DNA from: Myxococcales bacterium
GTDB lineage: Bacteria; Myxococcota_A; UBA9042
Length of the DNA: 57,329 bases
Direction: 5' to 3'
NCBI GenBank assembly: GCA_037441385.1
Contig: JBBISH010000028.1
Location: 1 to 57,329, forward strand
This document shows, piece after piece, positions 47,848 through 56,547 of the stretch (positions within the stretch are counted from its first letter, which is position 1; the number at the start of each line of letters is the position of its first letter). A program made the position numbers and the translations under genes. A model generated the notes under the pieces. It was not told where the DNA came from and did no database searches. It worked only from the letters and a program-made list of their open reading frames with translations.

Positions 47848-49347
47848 CTACCGCAGTGCACTGGAGGGCTGTGGTTCGGTCCAGCCCCACCCAGGCAGCG
47901 GTCCGCTGGTCAGCGCCTGCAAGGCGGCGGCCAGGCTGGCGGTGTCGGGCGCCACCACCACCAACGTGCGCGCACCGCCGGCCCGCGGCGCCGAGCAGAC
48001 GGCCGCCCGCTTGCTTCCCGCCAGCTTGCCACATTCGCCGCTGAACTTGGCCCGGTCCTTGGCGCCCAAGCCCTGCCATTCGGCGGTGGTCGCCATGGCC
48101 ACCACGGTCGTCCCTTGGTAGCGGTCGTTCCAACTGGCGGCCTCGGCCAGGTCGGCCCGCCAAACCGAGCGCGGCGGCACCTGCTGCCACCACGCTGCCT
48201 GGAGCCACGGCGCGTCGCGGTGATTCGAGATGAGCACGTAACGTTGCAAGATGTCTGCAAGTTTCTTGGGGGGCGGCGTGGCCGCGGCGGCGCGGTTCAG
48301 TTCGCCCGCCAAGTCGCGCACGGTGCCCTCGCCGTCGAGGGCCGCGGTCAGGCTGGGGTACAGCGCTTTGGCGAAGGGGTCGATGTTGGCGTCGACATAC
48401 CAACCGGCGGTGCGCGACCGCGATTCCGCGAATTCCTTTGGCGATGCCTTGGCTTGCCACACTCCCTGGCCGATCGCGGTGGCGGTCCCTTCGCTCAGCA
48501 GCTCCCAGGCCCGCGCGGCCGTGTCGCCTGGTTGGGCAAAGAGCGCCGCGATGAGCGCAGGGTCGTCGTCGAGCCCGGCCCGCTCTTGCAGCCAATGCAC
48601 CGCCTCGTGCACCACCACGTCGCTGCGGCGCGCCGGGGTATCACCCTGCCGCACCTCGACGACCAAGTCCTGGCCCAACCGGCGTCCGTGCGAAACCGTG
48701 GCGGGCGGCGCCGGCACAAAGTGCAGCCGAACCTGTCCGCCCGGCGCGGCCCCCAACCAACGCCCCACCCTCTGCAAGAAGGCGTTCATCTGGCTGGTGC
48801 GGGTGAACTCCGCGAAGTCGCTGTTGAACTTGACCAGCCAGCCGTTCTTGTCCAGCAGCGTTTGCAGCCGTGGCGCGTAGGCCGCCGTCACCGTGCGCAG
48901 CGCGGCCTGATCGGCTTCGGCCAACAGGACTTCCGCGCGCCGGTCCAGGTCGGCCAAGTCGTGCGCGCCCAAGAACAGGGCGGCAAAGCGGACGTCTAGC
49001 CGAGTGCCGGGCGGCGGTGGCACTGGTACCCAGGGGTTTTCGCGCGCCTTGGCGTCGATCATCCGGCCGCGGTAGGTGGACCTCAGGCGGGCGAACTCGG
49101 CCAAAAGCGCTGCGTCGCCGGGCTGTTCCATGCCTTCGCTTTTCCACCAGGCCAGCCAGGCCTTGCCCTCGATGAACGGGTCGCCGGTCAGGGCCGACAG
49201 CAGCCAAAACAGCGTGGCGGTCAGGTCGCTGCTGGGCTCGACCCGAAGCTCGACCGTCGGCTGGGTCGTGGGGGGCGCAGCCCAGCCCGGAGCGGCCAAC
49301 AGCAAAGGAGCAGCGACAGCGATCCGCAAGGCCAGGTTGCGTACCAT
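47848..49347 (-). CDS. secreted putative gluzincin-like metalloprotease
   Basis: Signal peptide; VVHEAVH followed by EGTATA. Confidence 0.65.
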   Translation of the reverse strand: MVRNLALRIAVAAPLLLAAPGWAAPPTTQPTVELRVEPSSDLTATLFWLLSALTGDPFIEGKAWLAWWKSEGMEQPGDAALLAEFARLRSTYRGRMIDAKARENPWVPVPPPPGTRLDVRFAALFLGAHDLADLDRRAEVLLAEADQAALRTVTAAYAPRLQTLLDKNGWLVKFNSDFAEFTRTSQMNAFLQRVGRWLGAAPGGQVRLHFVPAPPATVSHGRRLGQDLVVEVRQGDTPARRSDVVVHEAVHWLQERAGLDDDPALIAALFAQPGDTAARAWELLSEGTATAIGQGVWQAKASPKEFAESRSRTAGWYVDANIDPFAKALYPSLTAALDGEGTVRDLAGELNRAAAATPPPKKLADILQRYVLISNHRDAPWLQAAWWQQVPPRSVWRADLAEAASWNDRYQGTTVVAMATTAEWQGLGAKDRAKFSGECGKLAGSKRAAVCSAPRAGGARTLVVVAPDTASLAAALQALTSGPLPGWGWTEPQPSSALR

Positions 49348-49349
49348 GC

Positions 49350-50219
49350 TTACCAACTGCTCAAGTCGAGTTGCAGCTCGCTGCAAGTCCAGGCAAACAG
49401 ACGCTCTTGCTCGTCTTTGCTCTGCGCCTGCGGCGAAGGCTCGGCCGGCGTACCCCGCACAAAGTAGCGGCCGGTGACCCCCGCAACATCGGGTGCTTGC
49501 GCCAGTTTGACCGACGTGGCGGCGCCGTCGGCGAGCGAGTCCGGGCCGTCCATGGCAAAGCCCGTTTTCAGCAGTTTGGTCGACACCACCCCGGGATGCA
49601 GGCTATTGACGGTCACCGCCGCGGGATCAAGCCGCCGCGCCAGCGCCGCCGCGAACAGCACGTTGGCCAGCTTGCTTTGCGCGTAGGCCGGGTAGCCGTC
49701 GGCAAAGTGCTCGCGCAGGCCCAGGTCGGCCCAATTGATGCGCCCGCGGTGGTGCGCCACGCTGGACACGAACACCAGCCGCGCCGGTCGCTGCGCGGTG
49801 CCCACCTGCCGCAGCAGGGGCAACAGGTGCCAGGTCAGCAGGGCCGGCCCCAAGTGGTTGACCGATAGACTCTTCTCGATGCCATGGTGGTCGTGCTGGC
49901 GGTGCTTGCAGAACACGCCGGCGTTGTGGACCACCGTGTCCAGGTCGCCAAAGCGCTCGCGCAGCTCGGCGGCACCGCTGGCAATTGCGGCCCGATCGCC
50001 CAAATCGAACGTCACAAAGCCGTGCGCGTGGACGTGGGTAGCGGTCTGCTGGCAGCGCAGCGGGTCGCGGCCGTGGACGATGACGCGGTGGCCCAACTTG
50101 GCCAATTCCAGCGCGGTCTCGCGGCCGATCCCGTCGGTCGAGCCGGTGACCAGGATGCTGCGACTGGCGGCCGTGGCGGCGATGCCAGGCCCGGGGCCGG
50201 TAGGGGAGTAGTCTTGCAT
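49350..50219 (-). CDS. short-chain dehydrogenase/reductase (retinol dehydrogenase-like)
   Basis: TGSTDGIG, HNAG, VNHLG, VSSVAH, YAQSK and HPGVVST. Confidence 0.93.
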   Translation of the reverse strand: MQDYSPTGPGPGIAATAASRSILVTGSTDGIGRETALELAKLGHRVIVHGRDPLRCQQTATHVHAHGFVTFDLGDRAAIASGAAELRERFGDLDTVVHNAGVFCKHRQHDHHGIEKSLSVNHLGPALLTWHLLPLLRQVGTAQRPARLVFVSSVAHHRGRINWADLGLREHFADGYPAYAQSKLANVLFAAALARRLDPAAVTVNSLHPGVVSTKLLKTGFAMDGPDSLADGAATSVKLAQAPDVAGVTGRYFVRGTPAEPSPQAQSKDEQERLFAWTCSELQLDLSSW

Positions 50220-50468
50220 GGGCGGTGCCTGAAGGTGCCGTACGGGCAGCCGGTGGCGGGCGGCTTGCCCGGCGGCATGGGCTACACACTACCCGAGTCG
50301 CCGGCGACTGCAACGGCCTGGGCAACGGGAGACGATAGTTGTCTTGGAACGTCATGTAAGTCAAATGGAAAGACAGGGGTGCCCTTTGGGGCGGGCGCTC
50401 TATTGCTCCGCCGCGTAGGCGCGAGTACGCTGGCCCGGCAAAGACCCTGTCGGCCCGCCCGGAGTCCG

Positions 50469-51779
50469 ATGCGCGAGTTGCTGATCATCTTGGCGCTGGT
50501 TTTGGCGAACGGTGTTTTTGCCGGCGCTGAGATTGCCGTGCTGTCGGTGCGCAAGACCCGCCTGCGCGAGTTGGCCGAGGCGGGCAGCAAGCGGGCACGG
50601 GCCTTGCTGTGGCTGCGGGCCCATCCCGAGCGTTTCCTGGCCACGGTGCAGGTCGCCATCACCGTCATCGGCGCGACGGCGGCGGCGTTTGGCGGTTCTA
50701 CGGTGGCCGCCCTGGTGGCGCCGTGGATCGCGAAGCTCCCCGGCCTCGCCCACGTGGCCCACGACATTGCGATGGTGCTGGTGGTGGCGCTGGTCTCGTA
50801 CATGTCGCTGGTGCTTGGGGAATTGGTGCCCAAGTCGCTGGCACTGCGGGCGAGCGAGGGCTACGCAATGACCTTGAGCCAGCCGCTGCGGCTGTTTACG
50901 TCGCTGGCGCGGCCCCTGGCGTGGCTGTTGACTGAGAGTTCGAACATCGTCCTCAAACCCTTTGGCGATCGGACCAACTTTACCGAGGCGCGGGTCTCGG
51001 TGGAGGAGTTGCGGCAGCTGGTCGACGAGGCGACGCGGGCCGGCACACTGGACAGTCGGTCTGGCGAGATCGCCGCGCGGGCGCTCGAGTTCGGCGACCT
51101 GGCCGCCAGTGCGGTGATGGTGCCGCGCAACCGCATGACGGCCCTGCCGCTAGAGGCCAGCCTGGACGATCTGCGCCAGCTGGTCACCGAAACCGCGATC
51201 GTGCGCCTGCCGGTGTATCACGGATCGCTCGATACCATCGTGGGTTACGTGACGGCTCGCGACTTGGCCCACGGGCTGTTGTTGGGCCACCTGACCAGCG
51301 TGGGCGATGTGCTGCGCCCCACGCACTTTGTGCCGCGCAGCGCCAAGGCGATCCACGTGCTCAAAGAGCTGCAGTGCCGGCAAATGCAGCTGGCGGTGGT
51401 GGTCGACGAGCACGGCGGCGTGTCGGGAATGCTGACGTTGGAGGACTTGATCGAGGAACTGGTGGGCGAGGTGCTGGCCGAGGACGAGCAGCCCGAGCAG
51501 CGCATCCATGTGGAGTCCGAGCGGGTCGTGCTCGTGGCGGGCGCCACGCCGATTCGCGACGTCAATCGCCAACTGGACCTGGATCTGCCCGAGGACGGCG
51601 AAGGCACCACCATCGCGGGCCTGTGCATCGAGTTGGCCGGCGACTTGCCCGCCAAGGGCGCGCGCATCACCGACGAGGCGGGGATCACGTTCGAAATCGT
51701 CTCCGCCACCTCACGTTCGGTCAGTCAGGTGCGGATGGAGCTGCCGGACCGCCCGCCCAAGGCCGACTTGGACGAGTAG
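50469..51779 (+). CDS. hemolysin/CNNM-family protein (DUF21 + CBS + CorC)
   Basis: NGVFAGAEIA, GELVPKSLAL, VMVPR, RLPVY, VVDEHGG..G.LTLED.IEELVGE and TIAG. Confidence 0.93.
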   Translation: MRELLIILALVLANGVFAGAEIAVLSVRKTRLRELAEAGSKRARALLWLRAHPERFLATVQVAITVIGATAAAFGGSTVAALVAPWIAKLPGLAHVAHDIAMVLVVALVSYMSLVLGELVPKSLALRASEGYAMTLSQPLRLFTSLARPLAWLLTESSNIVLKPFGDRTNFTEARVSVEELRQLVDEATRAGTLDSRSGEIAARALEFGDLAASAVMVPRNRMTALPLEASLDDLRQLVTETAIVRLPVYHGSLDTIVGYVTARDLAHGLLLGHLTSVGDVLRPTHFVPRSAKAIHVLKELQCRQMQLAVVVDEHGGVSGMLTLEDLIEELVGEVLAEDEQPEQRIHVESERVVLVAGATPIRDVNRQLDLDLPEDGEGTTIAGLCIELAGDLPAKGARITDEAGITFEIVSATSRSVSQVRMELPDRPPKADLDE

Positions 51780-51791
51780 GCGAGCCCGCCG

Positions 51792-51835
51792 AAAAACGCC
51801 AAGGCCCTGCGCGAACCAGAGCTCGGGCAGGGCCT
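51792..51835 (-). terminator. putative intrinsic terminator
   Basis: AGGCCCTGC/GCAGGGCCT stem (51802-51835), with a T-run shortly after it on the minus strand; lies between convergent genes. Confidence 0.5.
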
Positions 51836-51891
51836 GCAGGCGGACACCCAACAATTTCAGCGACTAGAAAGTGGGGGGCTCTTTATGCAGG

Positions 51892-52239
51892 CTACTTGTG
51901 GGCCAGCGCCTCCTGCGCTTCCACGGCGACCTTGTGCTCGCTCATGCGACGGAGGATGCCCGCGAAGGGCAGGCCCAGCAGCGTGCCGGCGACCGCGCCC
52001 GCGACCAGGAAGAAGAACAGCGTCGCCGCCAGGCCCAGGCCCATGCCGCCGCCGACCACCATGCGGGCCAGCCAGCTGTTGTCGCCCGCGGCGCCGAACA
52101 GGACGTTGTACATCGTCATGCCCATATAGCCGCCGTAGAGCACGCCCGGCACCGCGCCGATGAACAAGAAGGCGACGAAAGTCACGGCCGCGCCGATGTA
52201 AGTGGGGAGCAGAACGAGGTGATTGCGAGTGGTAGCCAT
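51892..52239 (-). CDS. small Gly-rich membrane protein
   Basis: Strong AAGGAGGA RBS; 115 aa, mostly hydrophobic helices. Confidence 0.85.
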   Translation of the reverse strand: MATTRNHLVLLPTYIGAAVTFVAFLFIGAVPGVLYGGYMGMTMYNVLFGAAGDNSWLARMVVGGGMGLGLAATLFFFLVAGAVAGTLLGLPFAGILRRMSEHKVAVEAQEALAHK

Positions 52240-52304
52240 GGTGTCCTCCTTGGGGTTTTGGTCTCTCGGGCGGTGTGTTTCCGTCCGTCCTGCCTGTACC
52301 TATT

Positions 52305-52321
52305 TGCATAGGCCGTGCCAA
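52305..52321 (-). promoter_or_regulatory. sigma54 (-24/-12) promoter
   Basis: Minus strand reads TTGGCAC-GGCCT-ATGCA, against the consensus TGGCAC-N5-TTGC(A/T); about 65 bp upstream of the ATG at 52239. Confidence 0.75.
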
Positions 52322-52345
52322 CTTGAGAGTCCTGTAATTTCAATA

Positions 52346-52365
52346 GGTAGAAAATGCCCCCCATT
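52346..52365 (+). repeat. dispersed intergenic motif copy
   Basis: GGTAGAAAATGCCCCCCATT. Confidence 0.8.
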
Positions 52366-52387
52366 GCTCTTTGTCGGCCGGGGCGGC

Positions 52388-52490
52388 TGTCGGAAAGTGG
52401 CGACAACGGAAGATTCGAGGATAGATGAATAAATTCATGACGATGTGGCGTCGTCCGGGTTTTTGGACAGCCTGTCGGAATTTCCGGACA
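52388..52490. promoter_or_regulatory. three 18-bp palindromic boxes, putative enhancer (UAS) for a sigma54 activator
   Basis: TGTCGGAAAGTGGCGACA (52388-52405), CGTCCGGGTTTTTGGACA (52452-52469) and TGTCGGAATTTCCGGACA (52473-52490). Confidence 0.6.
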
Positions 52491-52524
52491 ACCCATCCGG
52501 CAGCAAAACCTAGTATTCTTCAAG

Positions 52525-52543
52525 GGTAGAAGATGCCCCCCTT
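52525..52543 (+). repeat. dispersed intergenic motif copy (one substitution in the core)
   Basis: GGTAGAAGATGCCCCCCTT. Confidence 0.75.
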
Positions 52544-52579
52544 CCTGCGCTATCCTCCGCGCCCCGCCCGAGGTCGCCC

Positions 52580-55219
52580 ATGTCTGCCGAATCGCCTGCC
52601 GCCCACCCGCCCCTGCTCGCGCCGCCCGACGGTCTGGACGACGACACCGCGCTGCTCGCGCTCATCGAGTGGCTGGCCGGCCGCGGCATGGAGCTGTATC
52701 CGCACCAGGACGAGGCGCTGCTGGAGCTGTACTCGGGCAAGCACGTGATCCTGGCCACGCCGACCGGTTCAGGTAAGTCCTTGGTCGCGTTGGGGATGCA
52801 CTGGCGCGCGCTGTGCCGGGGCGAAAAGACCATCTACACCAGCCCGATCAAGGCGCTGGTCAACGAGAAATTCTTCGACCTTTGCCGGGCTTTTGGCGCC
52901 GATCAGGTGGGTCTGCTGACCGGCGACGCCACCGTGCACCGCGACGCGCCGATCCTGTGTTGCACGGCCGAGATCCTGGCCTTCATGGCCCTGGACGACG
53001 CGGCGCGCACCCAGACCTGGCACGTGGTGATGGACGAGTTCCACTACTACGGCGACCGCGATCGCGGCATGGCCTGGCAGATCCCGCTGCTGCAGCTGGA
53101 AAATACGGCGTTTTTGCTGATGAGCGCCACGCTGGGCGACACCACCCGCATCGAAGAGGACCTGCAGAAACGCACCGGGCGGCCGGTGGCCAAGGTGCAG
53201 GCGGTGACGCGGCCGGTGCCGCTGGAGTACGCCTACCACGAGATTCCGCTTCAGGAAGTGGTGGGGCAGCTGGTCGCCGAGAAGAAGGCGCCGTGCTACC
53301 TGGTGCACTTTTCGCACCGCGAGGCGAGCGAGACCGCCGGCGCGCTGATGAGCATCGAGCTGTGCAGCAAAGACGAAAAGCGCTTGATCGCCGAGCAGTT
53401 GAAGAACGAGCGCTGGCCCAGCCCCTACGGCAAAAACCTGCAGCGCCTGATTCGCCACGGCATTGGCCTGCACCACGCCGGGCTGCTGCCGCGTTACCGG
53501 CGGCTGGTGGAAAAGCTGGCGCAGGGCGGCTACTTGAAGGTCATCTGCGGCACCGACACCCTGGGCGTGGGCATCAACGTGCCGCTGCGGACGGTGGTGC
53601 TGACCAAGCTGTGCAAGTTCGACGGCGAGAAGGCCCGCTTGGTGCAAGTGCGTGAGTTTCAACAGATCGCTGGTCGGGCTGGCCGCAAGGGCTACGACGA
53701 TCGCGGATGGGTGGTGGCGCTGGCGCCCGAGCACGTCATCGCCAACAAACGCCTGGAAGCCAAGGTGGGGCGCGACGGCAAACCGGTGAAGTTCACGCGG
53801 CAAAAGCCGCCCGAGCGCGGATATGTGCCGTGGAACGAAGACACCTTCCAGCGGTTGGTGGCCGGGCAGGCTGAGCGCCTGGATCCGATTTTCCGCGTGG
53901 ATCCCGGTCTGGTCTGCCAGGTGCTGCGCGGCGACCCCGAGCACGCCGGGCGCGGTCTGCGCAAAGTGGCCGAGCTGATTGGGCGATCGCACCTGTCGCC
54001 CGGCAGCCAGCTGGTGCAGCGCCGCGAGTTGGCGCGGATTGCGCGGTCGCTGCGCAAGTCCGGGATCTTGCAGGTGGGACCCGGGCCCGTGGCGCGCTTT
54101 GATCCGGACCTGCAAGAGGACTTCAGCCTGCACCACACGCTGTCGCTGTTCTTGGTCGAGGCGCTGCAGCGCTTGGACCTGGACCACCTGGAGCAGAACT
54201 CGGGCCTGGACGAGGGCGAGACGGACCTGCGCTGGGCCGAGGACGTGCTGACCCTGGTCGAGGCCATCTGCGAGCAGCCGATGCCGGTGCTGATCGCTCA
54301 GCAGAACGCCGAAAAGACCAAGCTGGTCAATGCCATGAAGGCCGACGGTGTGCCCTACGAAGAGCGCATGGAGAAGCTGGAGGGTGTCACCTGGCCCAAG
54401 CCGCTGGCCGACTGGCTCTATGCCGAGGCCGACCGCTACGCCGAGCGCCACCCGCTGATGAGCCACGACGACGTGCGGCCCAAGCGGATCGCGCGGTCGA
54501 TGTTCGAGGACTGGCGGACGTTTTCGGAGTTCGTCCAAGAGCTGGACATCGAGCCGGCCGAGGGCGTGCTGCTGCGCTATCTGTCGCAAGTCTACAAAAC
54601 CTTGCTGCAAAACGTGCCGGAGCGCTGGCGGAGCGAGGCGGTGTGGTCGGCGATTGGCTACCTGCGGGCGGTGCTGGCGCAGACCGACGCGAGCCTGGTG
54701 GAAGAGTGGGAGGCGATGCGCGGAGGGCTGGGCCCGGAGCGCCACCCAGGGGTGCGCGGCGTAAAACGGGCCGAGCGCGACGGCGGCCTGCCCGAGGACC
54801 CGCACCACAAGCGCCCGCACCTGCTGGCAGATTTGGCGAAGGATACCAAAGCGTTCACGGCCCGGCTGCGGGCGGAGGCGGTACAGCTCTATCGGCTGCT
54901 GTGCCTGGGCGACTTCGAGCAGGCGGCGGCGAGCATCGCCCAGGGCAGCGGGGACAGCGAGTGGACCGCCGAGCGGCTGCGCGACAAGTGGTTGAGTCTG
55001 GACGGGGAGCTGGCGAGCGCGCCGGTGTGGGACAGCCGGGTCCGCCTGAGCGACGCCTGCGTGGTGCGGCCGGTGTCCAGCGTGCTGTGGAGCGTGGAGC
55101 TGACGATTTTTGATGAGGAAGGTGCCAGCGACCTGCGACTGGTGCTGGAGGCGGACCTGCGCGGCGAGCTGGCCGACGACCAGGAGCCGCAGCTGCTTTG
55201 GCTGGTGGAGGTGGCGTAG
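52580..55219 (+). CDS. Ski2/HelY-like DExH-box helicase (DUF3516 type)
   Basis: LYPHQ, TPTGSGKS, PIKALVNEK, DEFH, MSAT, HHAGLLP, TDTLGVGINVP and QIAGRAGRKG. Confidence 0.93.
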   Translation: MSAESPAAHPPLLAPPDGLDDDTALLALIEWLAGRGMELYPHQDEALLELYSGKHVILATPTGSGKSLVALGMHWRALCRGEKTIYTSPIKALVNEKFFDLCRAFGADQVGLLTGDATVHRDAPILCCTAEILAFMALDDAARTQTWHVVMDEFHYYGDRDRGMAWQIPLLQLENTAFLLMSATLGDTTRIEEDLQKRTGRPVAKVQAVTRPVPLEYAYHEIPLQEVVGQLVAEKKAPCYLVHFSHREASETAGALMSIELCSKDEKRLIAEQLKNERWPSPYGKNLQRLIRHGIGLHHAGLLPRYRRLVEKLAQGGYLKVICGTDTLGVGINVPLRTVVLTKLCKFDGEKARLVQVREFQQIAGRAGRKGYDDRGWVVALAPEHVIANKRLEAKVGRDGKPVKFTRQKPPERGYVPWNEDTFQRLVAGQAERLDPIFRVDPGLVCQVLRGDPEHAGRGLRKVAELIGRSHLSPGSQLVQRRELARIARSLRKSGILQVGPGPVARFDPDLQEDFSLHHTLSLFLVEALQRLDLDHLEQNSGLDEGETDLRWAEDVLTLVEAICEQPMPVLIAQQNAEKTKLVNAMKADGVPYEERMEKLEGVTWPKPLADWLYAEADRYAERHPLMSHDDVRPKRIARSMFEDWRTFSEFVQELDIEPAEGVLLRYLSQVYKTLLQNVPERWRSEAVWSAIGYLRAVLAQTDASLVEEWEAMRGGLGPERHPGVRGVKRAERDGGLPEDPHHKRPHLLADLAKDTKAFTARLRAEAVQLYRLLCLGDFEQAAASIAQGSGDSEWTAERLRDKWLSLDGELASAPVWDSRVRLSDACVVRPVSSVLWSVELTIFDEEGASDLRLVLEADLRGELADDQEPQLLWLVEVA

Positions 55220-55250
55220 CGGGGGAGTTTAATGTGCTGTGATCTCGCGG

Positions 55251-55270
55251 GGTAGAAAATGCCCCCCATT
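55251..55270 (+). repeat. dispersed intergenic motif copy
   Basis: GGTAGAAAATGCCCCCCATT, identical to 52346-52365. Confidence 0.8.
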
Positions 55271-55274
55271 CTGC

Positions 55275-55327
55275 TTGACCCCCACCGGGTATTCGCTATT
55301 CTGTCGATACTGGCTAACTTAGCCAGT
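55275..55327 (+). promoter_or_regulatory. sigma70-like promoter and palindromic operator of the TA operon
   Basis: TTGACC-N16-TATTCT, then the perfect inverted repeat ACTGGCTAA-C-TTAGCCAGT (55309-55327). Confidence 0.65.
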
Positions 55328-55345
55328 TTCTCGACGGGGCTCCCC

Positions 55346-55621
55346 ATGGTGCAAGTCACATCGGTTGACGCGCAGAATCGCTTTGGCGAGCTGCTCGAGC
55401 GGGCGCAGCGCGAGCCGGTGGCGGTGACGCGTCACGGTCGGACGGTGGCCTACGTGGTGGGGGCGCATGAGTTGGCCGGCGTCGATTTGGCCGAGCGTCG
55501 CGCCCAGGCCGCGCGGTGGTATGCGGCGTACTGCGCCGAGGTGCGGACGCCGCCCGGGCCCAGCACAGGGGCCGAGCTGAGCGACGACGACGTAGTGCAG
55601 TTGGTTCATGCACTTCGCTGA
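55346..55621 (+). CDS. Phd/YefM-family antitoxin
   Basis: VTSVDAQNRFGELLERAQREPVAVTRHGRTVAYVV. Confidence 0.9.
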   Translation: MVQVTSVDAQNRFGELLERAQREPVAVTRHGRTVAYVVGAHELAGVDLAERRAQAARWYAAYCAEVRTPPGPSTGAELSDDDVVQLVHALR

Positions 55622-56030
55622 GCGACGGCCGGTGGTGCTGGACACGGGCGTGCTGGTGAGCGCGGCCCTGCGCCCAGGTTCGGTGCCGGCGCTGGCGTTG
55701 CACAAGGCGCTCCTGCACTTCGACGTGTGCTTGTCCGCGGCGACCTGGGCCGAGCTCGAGGTGGTGCTAAGTCGCTCCAAGTTCGACGCTTACCTGTCGC
55801 CAGCTGCCCGCGCGGCGTTTGTGGTTGGTCTGCGGCCGCACGTCCAGTTTGTCGAGGTGGTGGAAGAGGTTGCGGACTGCGTGGACCCGGGCGACAACAA
55901 GTTCCTCGCGCTGGCCTTGGCGGCGGGGGCCGAGTGCCTGGTGTCGAGCGACGCGCACCTGACGAGCCTGCATCCCTGGCGCGGCATCCCGGTGGTGGTG
56001 CCGGCGGGGTTTCTAGTAGCGATCCTGTAG
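55608..56030 (+). CDS. PIN-domain (VapC-like) toxin
   Basis: VVLDTGVLVSA, EL..VLSR.KF, DPGDNKFL..A and LVSSD.HL; overlaps the antitoxin. Confidence 0.9.
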   Translation: MHFAERRPVVLDTGVLVSAALRPGSVPALALHKALLHFDVCLSAATWAELEVVLSRSKFDAYLSPAARAAFVVGLRPHVQFVEVVEEVADCVDPGDNKFLALALAAGAECLVSSDAHLTSLHPWRGIPVVVPAGFLVAIL

Positions 56031-56065
56031 ACTTGTCGCGGGTGGGCTGGCGACTTCGGGGATCG

Positions 56066-56240
56066 TTTGGGCGTTCCCCGCCGCGAAAGAAGGACCCTGC
56101 GCAATCCGAACTTCCCCCGCGGCGGGTCGGGCTGGCGCCGCGGCGCGAGCGGAGCAGCCTGCAGAACCGGCACGCCCTGCGCGCCGCGGTGGCGACGCCT
56201 GGTCGGCGCCGCCACCCATGCGGGCGGCCATCCCTAACGC
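56066..56240 (+). repeat. direct repeat copy 1 (58-bp core, 105-bp insert, 12-bp tail)
   Basis: 56066-56123 matches 57057-57114 with 6 mismatches; tail CATCCCTAACGC matches CATCCCCAACGC. Confidence 0.8.
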
Positions 56241-56260
56241 AAGGTCCTGTGTTTTCGCGG

Positions 56261-56280
56261 GGTAGAAAATGCCCCCCTTT
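56261..56280 (+). repeat. dispersed intergenic motif copy
   Basis: GGTAGAAAATGCCCCCCTTT, preceded by TCGCGG as at 55245. Confidence 0.8.
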
Positions 56281-56331
56281 CTTCCATGCCGTCCCGTGGC
56301 GCGCGGTGGCCCGGTAGGCTATCCTGCAGAC

Positions 56332-56547
56332 ATGGCCCGACCGCCCGTCGCCAAACCCGCTGTCCCGCCCGCCGACGCCTATCGCGACCGGCTGGCGGCG
56401 CTCTTTGCCGAAGTCGCGCCGCAACTTCCCGACATCGACCCTGCGGTAGTGCTGCAGGTGCTTGACGCGTGGCTGCGACCCGTGGGGAGCGGCGGCGGTC
56501 GGCGGTTCTTGTTGCGCGAGGGGCCCGATGGCCGGCGCGGACCGTAG
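56332..56547 (+). CDS. small hypothetical protein, putative partner of the downstream nucleotidyltransferase
   Basis: 71-aa ORF overlapping the next gene; TATCCT -10-like box just upstream. Confidence 0.55.
   Translation: MARPPVAKPAVPPADAYRDRLAALFAEVAPQLPDIDPAVVLQVLDAWLRPVGSGGGRRFLLREGPDGRRGP

Noticed and set aside
3799..54820. Many long overlapping or antisense ORFs in the ORF track (e.g. 3799-4986, 5227-7152, 35907-38033, 45379-47154, 52769-54820)
   Set aside because: Shadow frames of well-supported genes in high-GC DNA; Arg/Ala/Gly-rich and without motifs.
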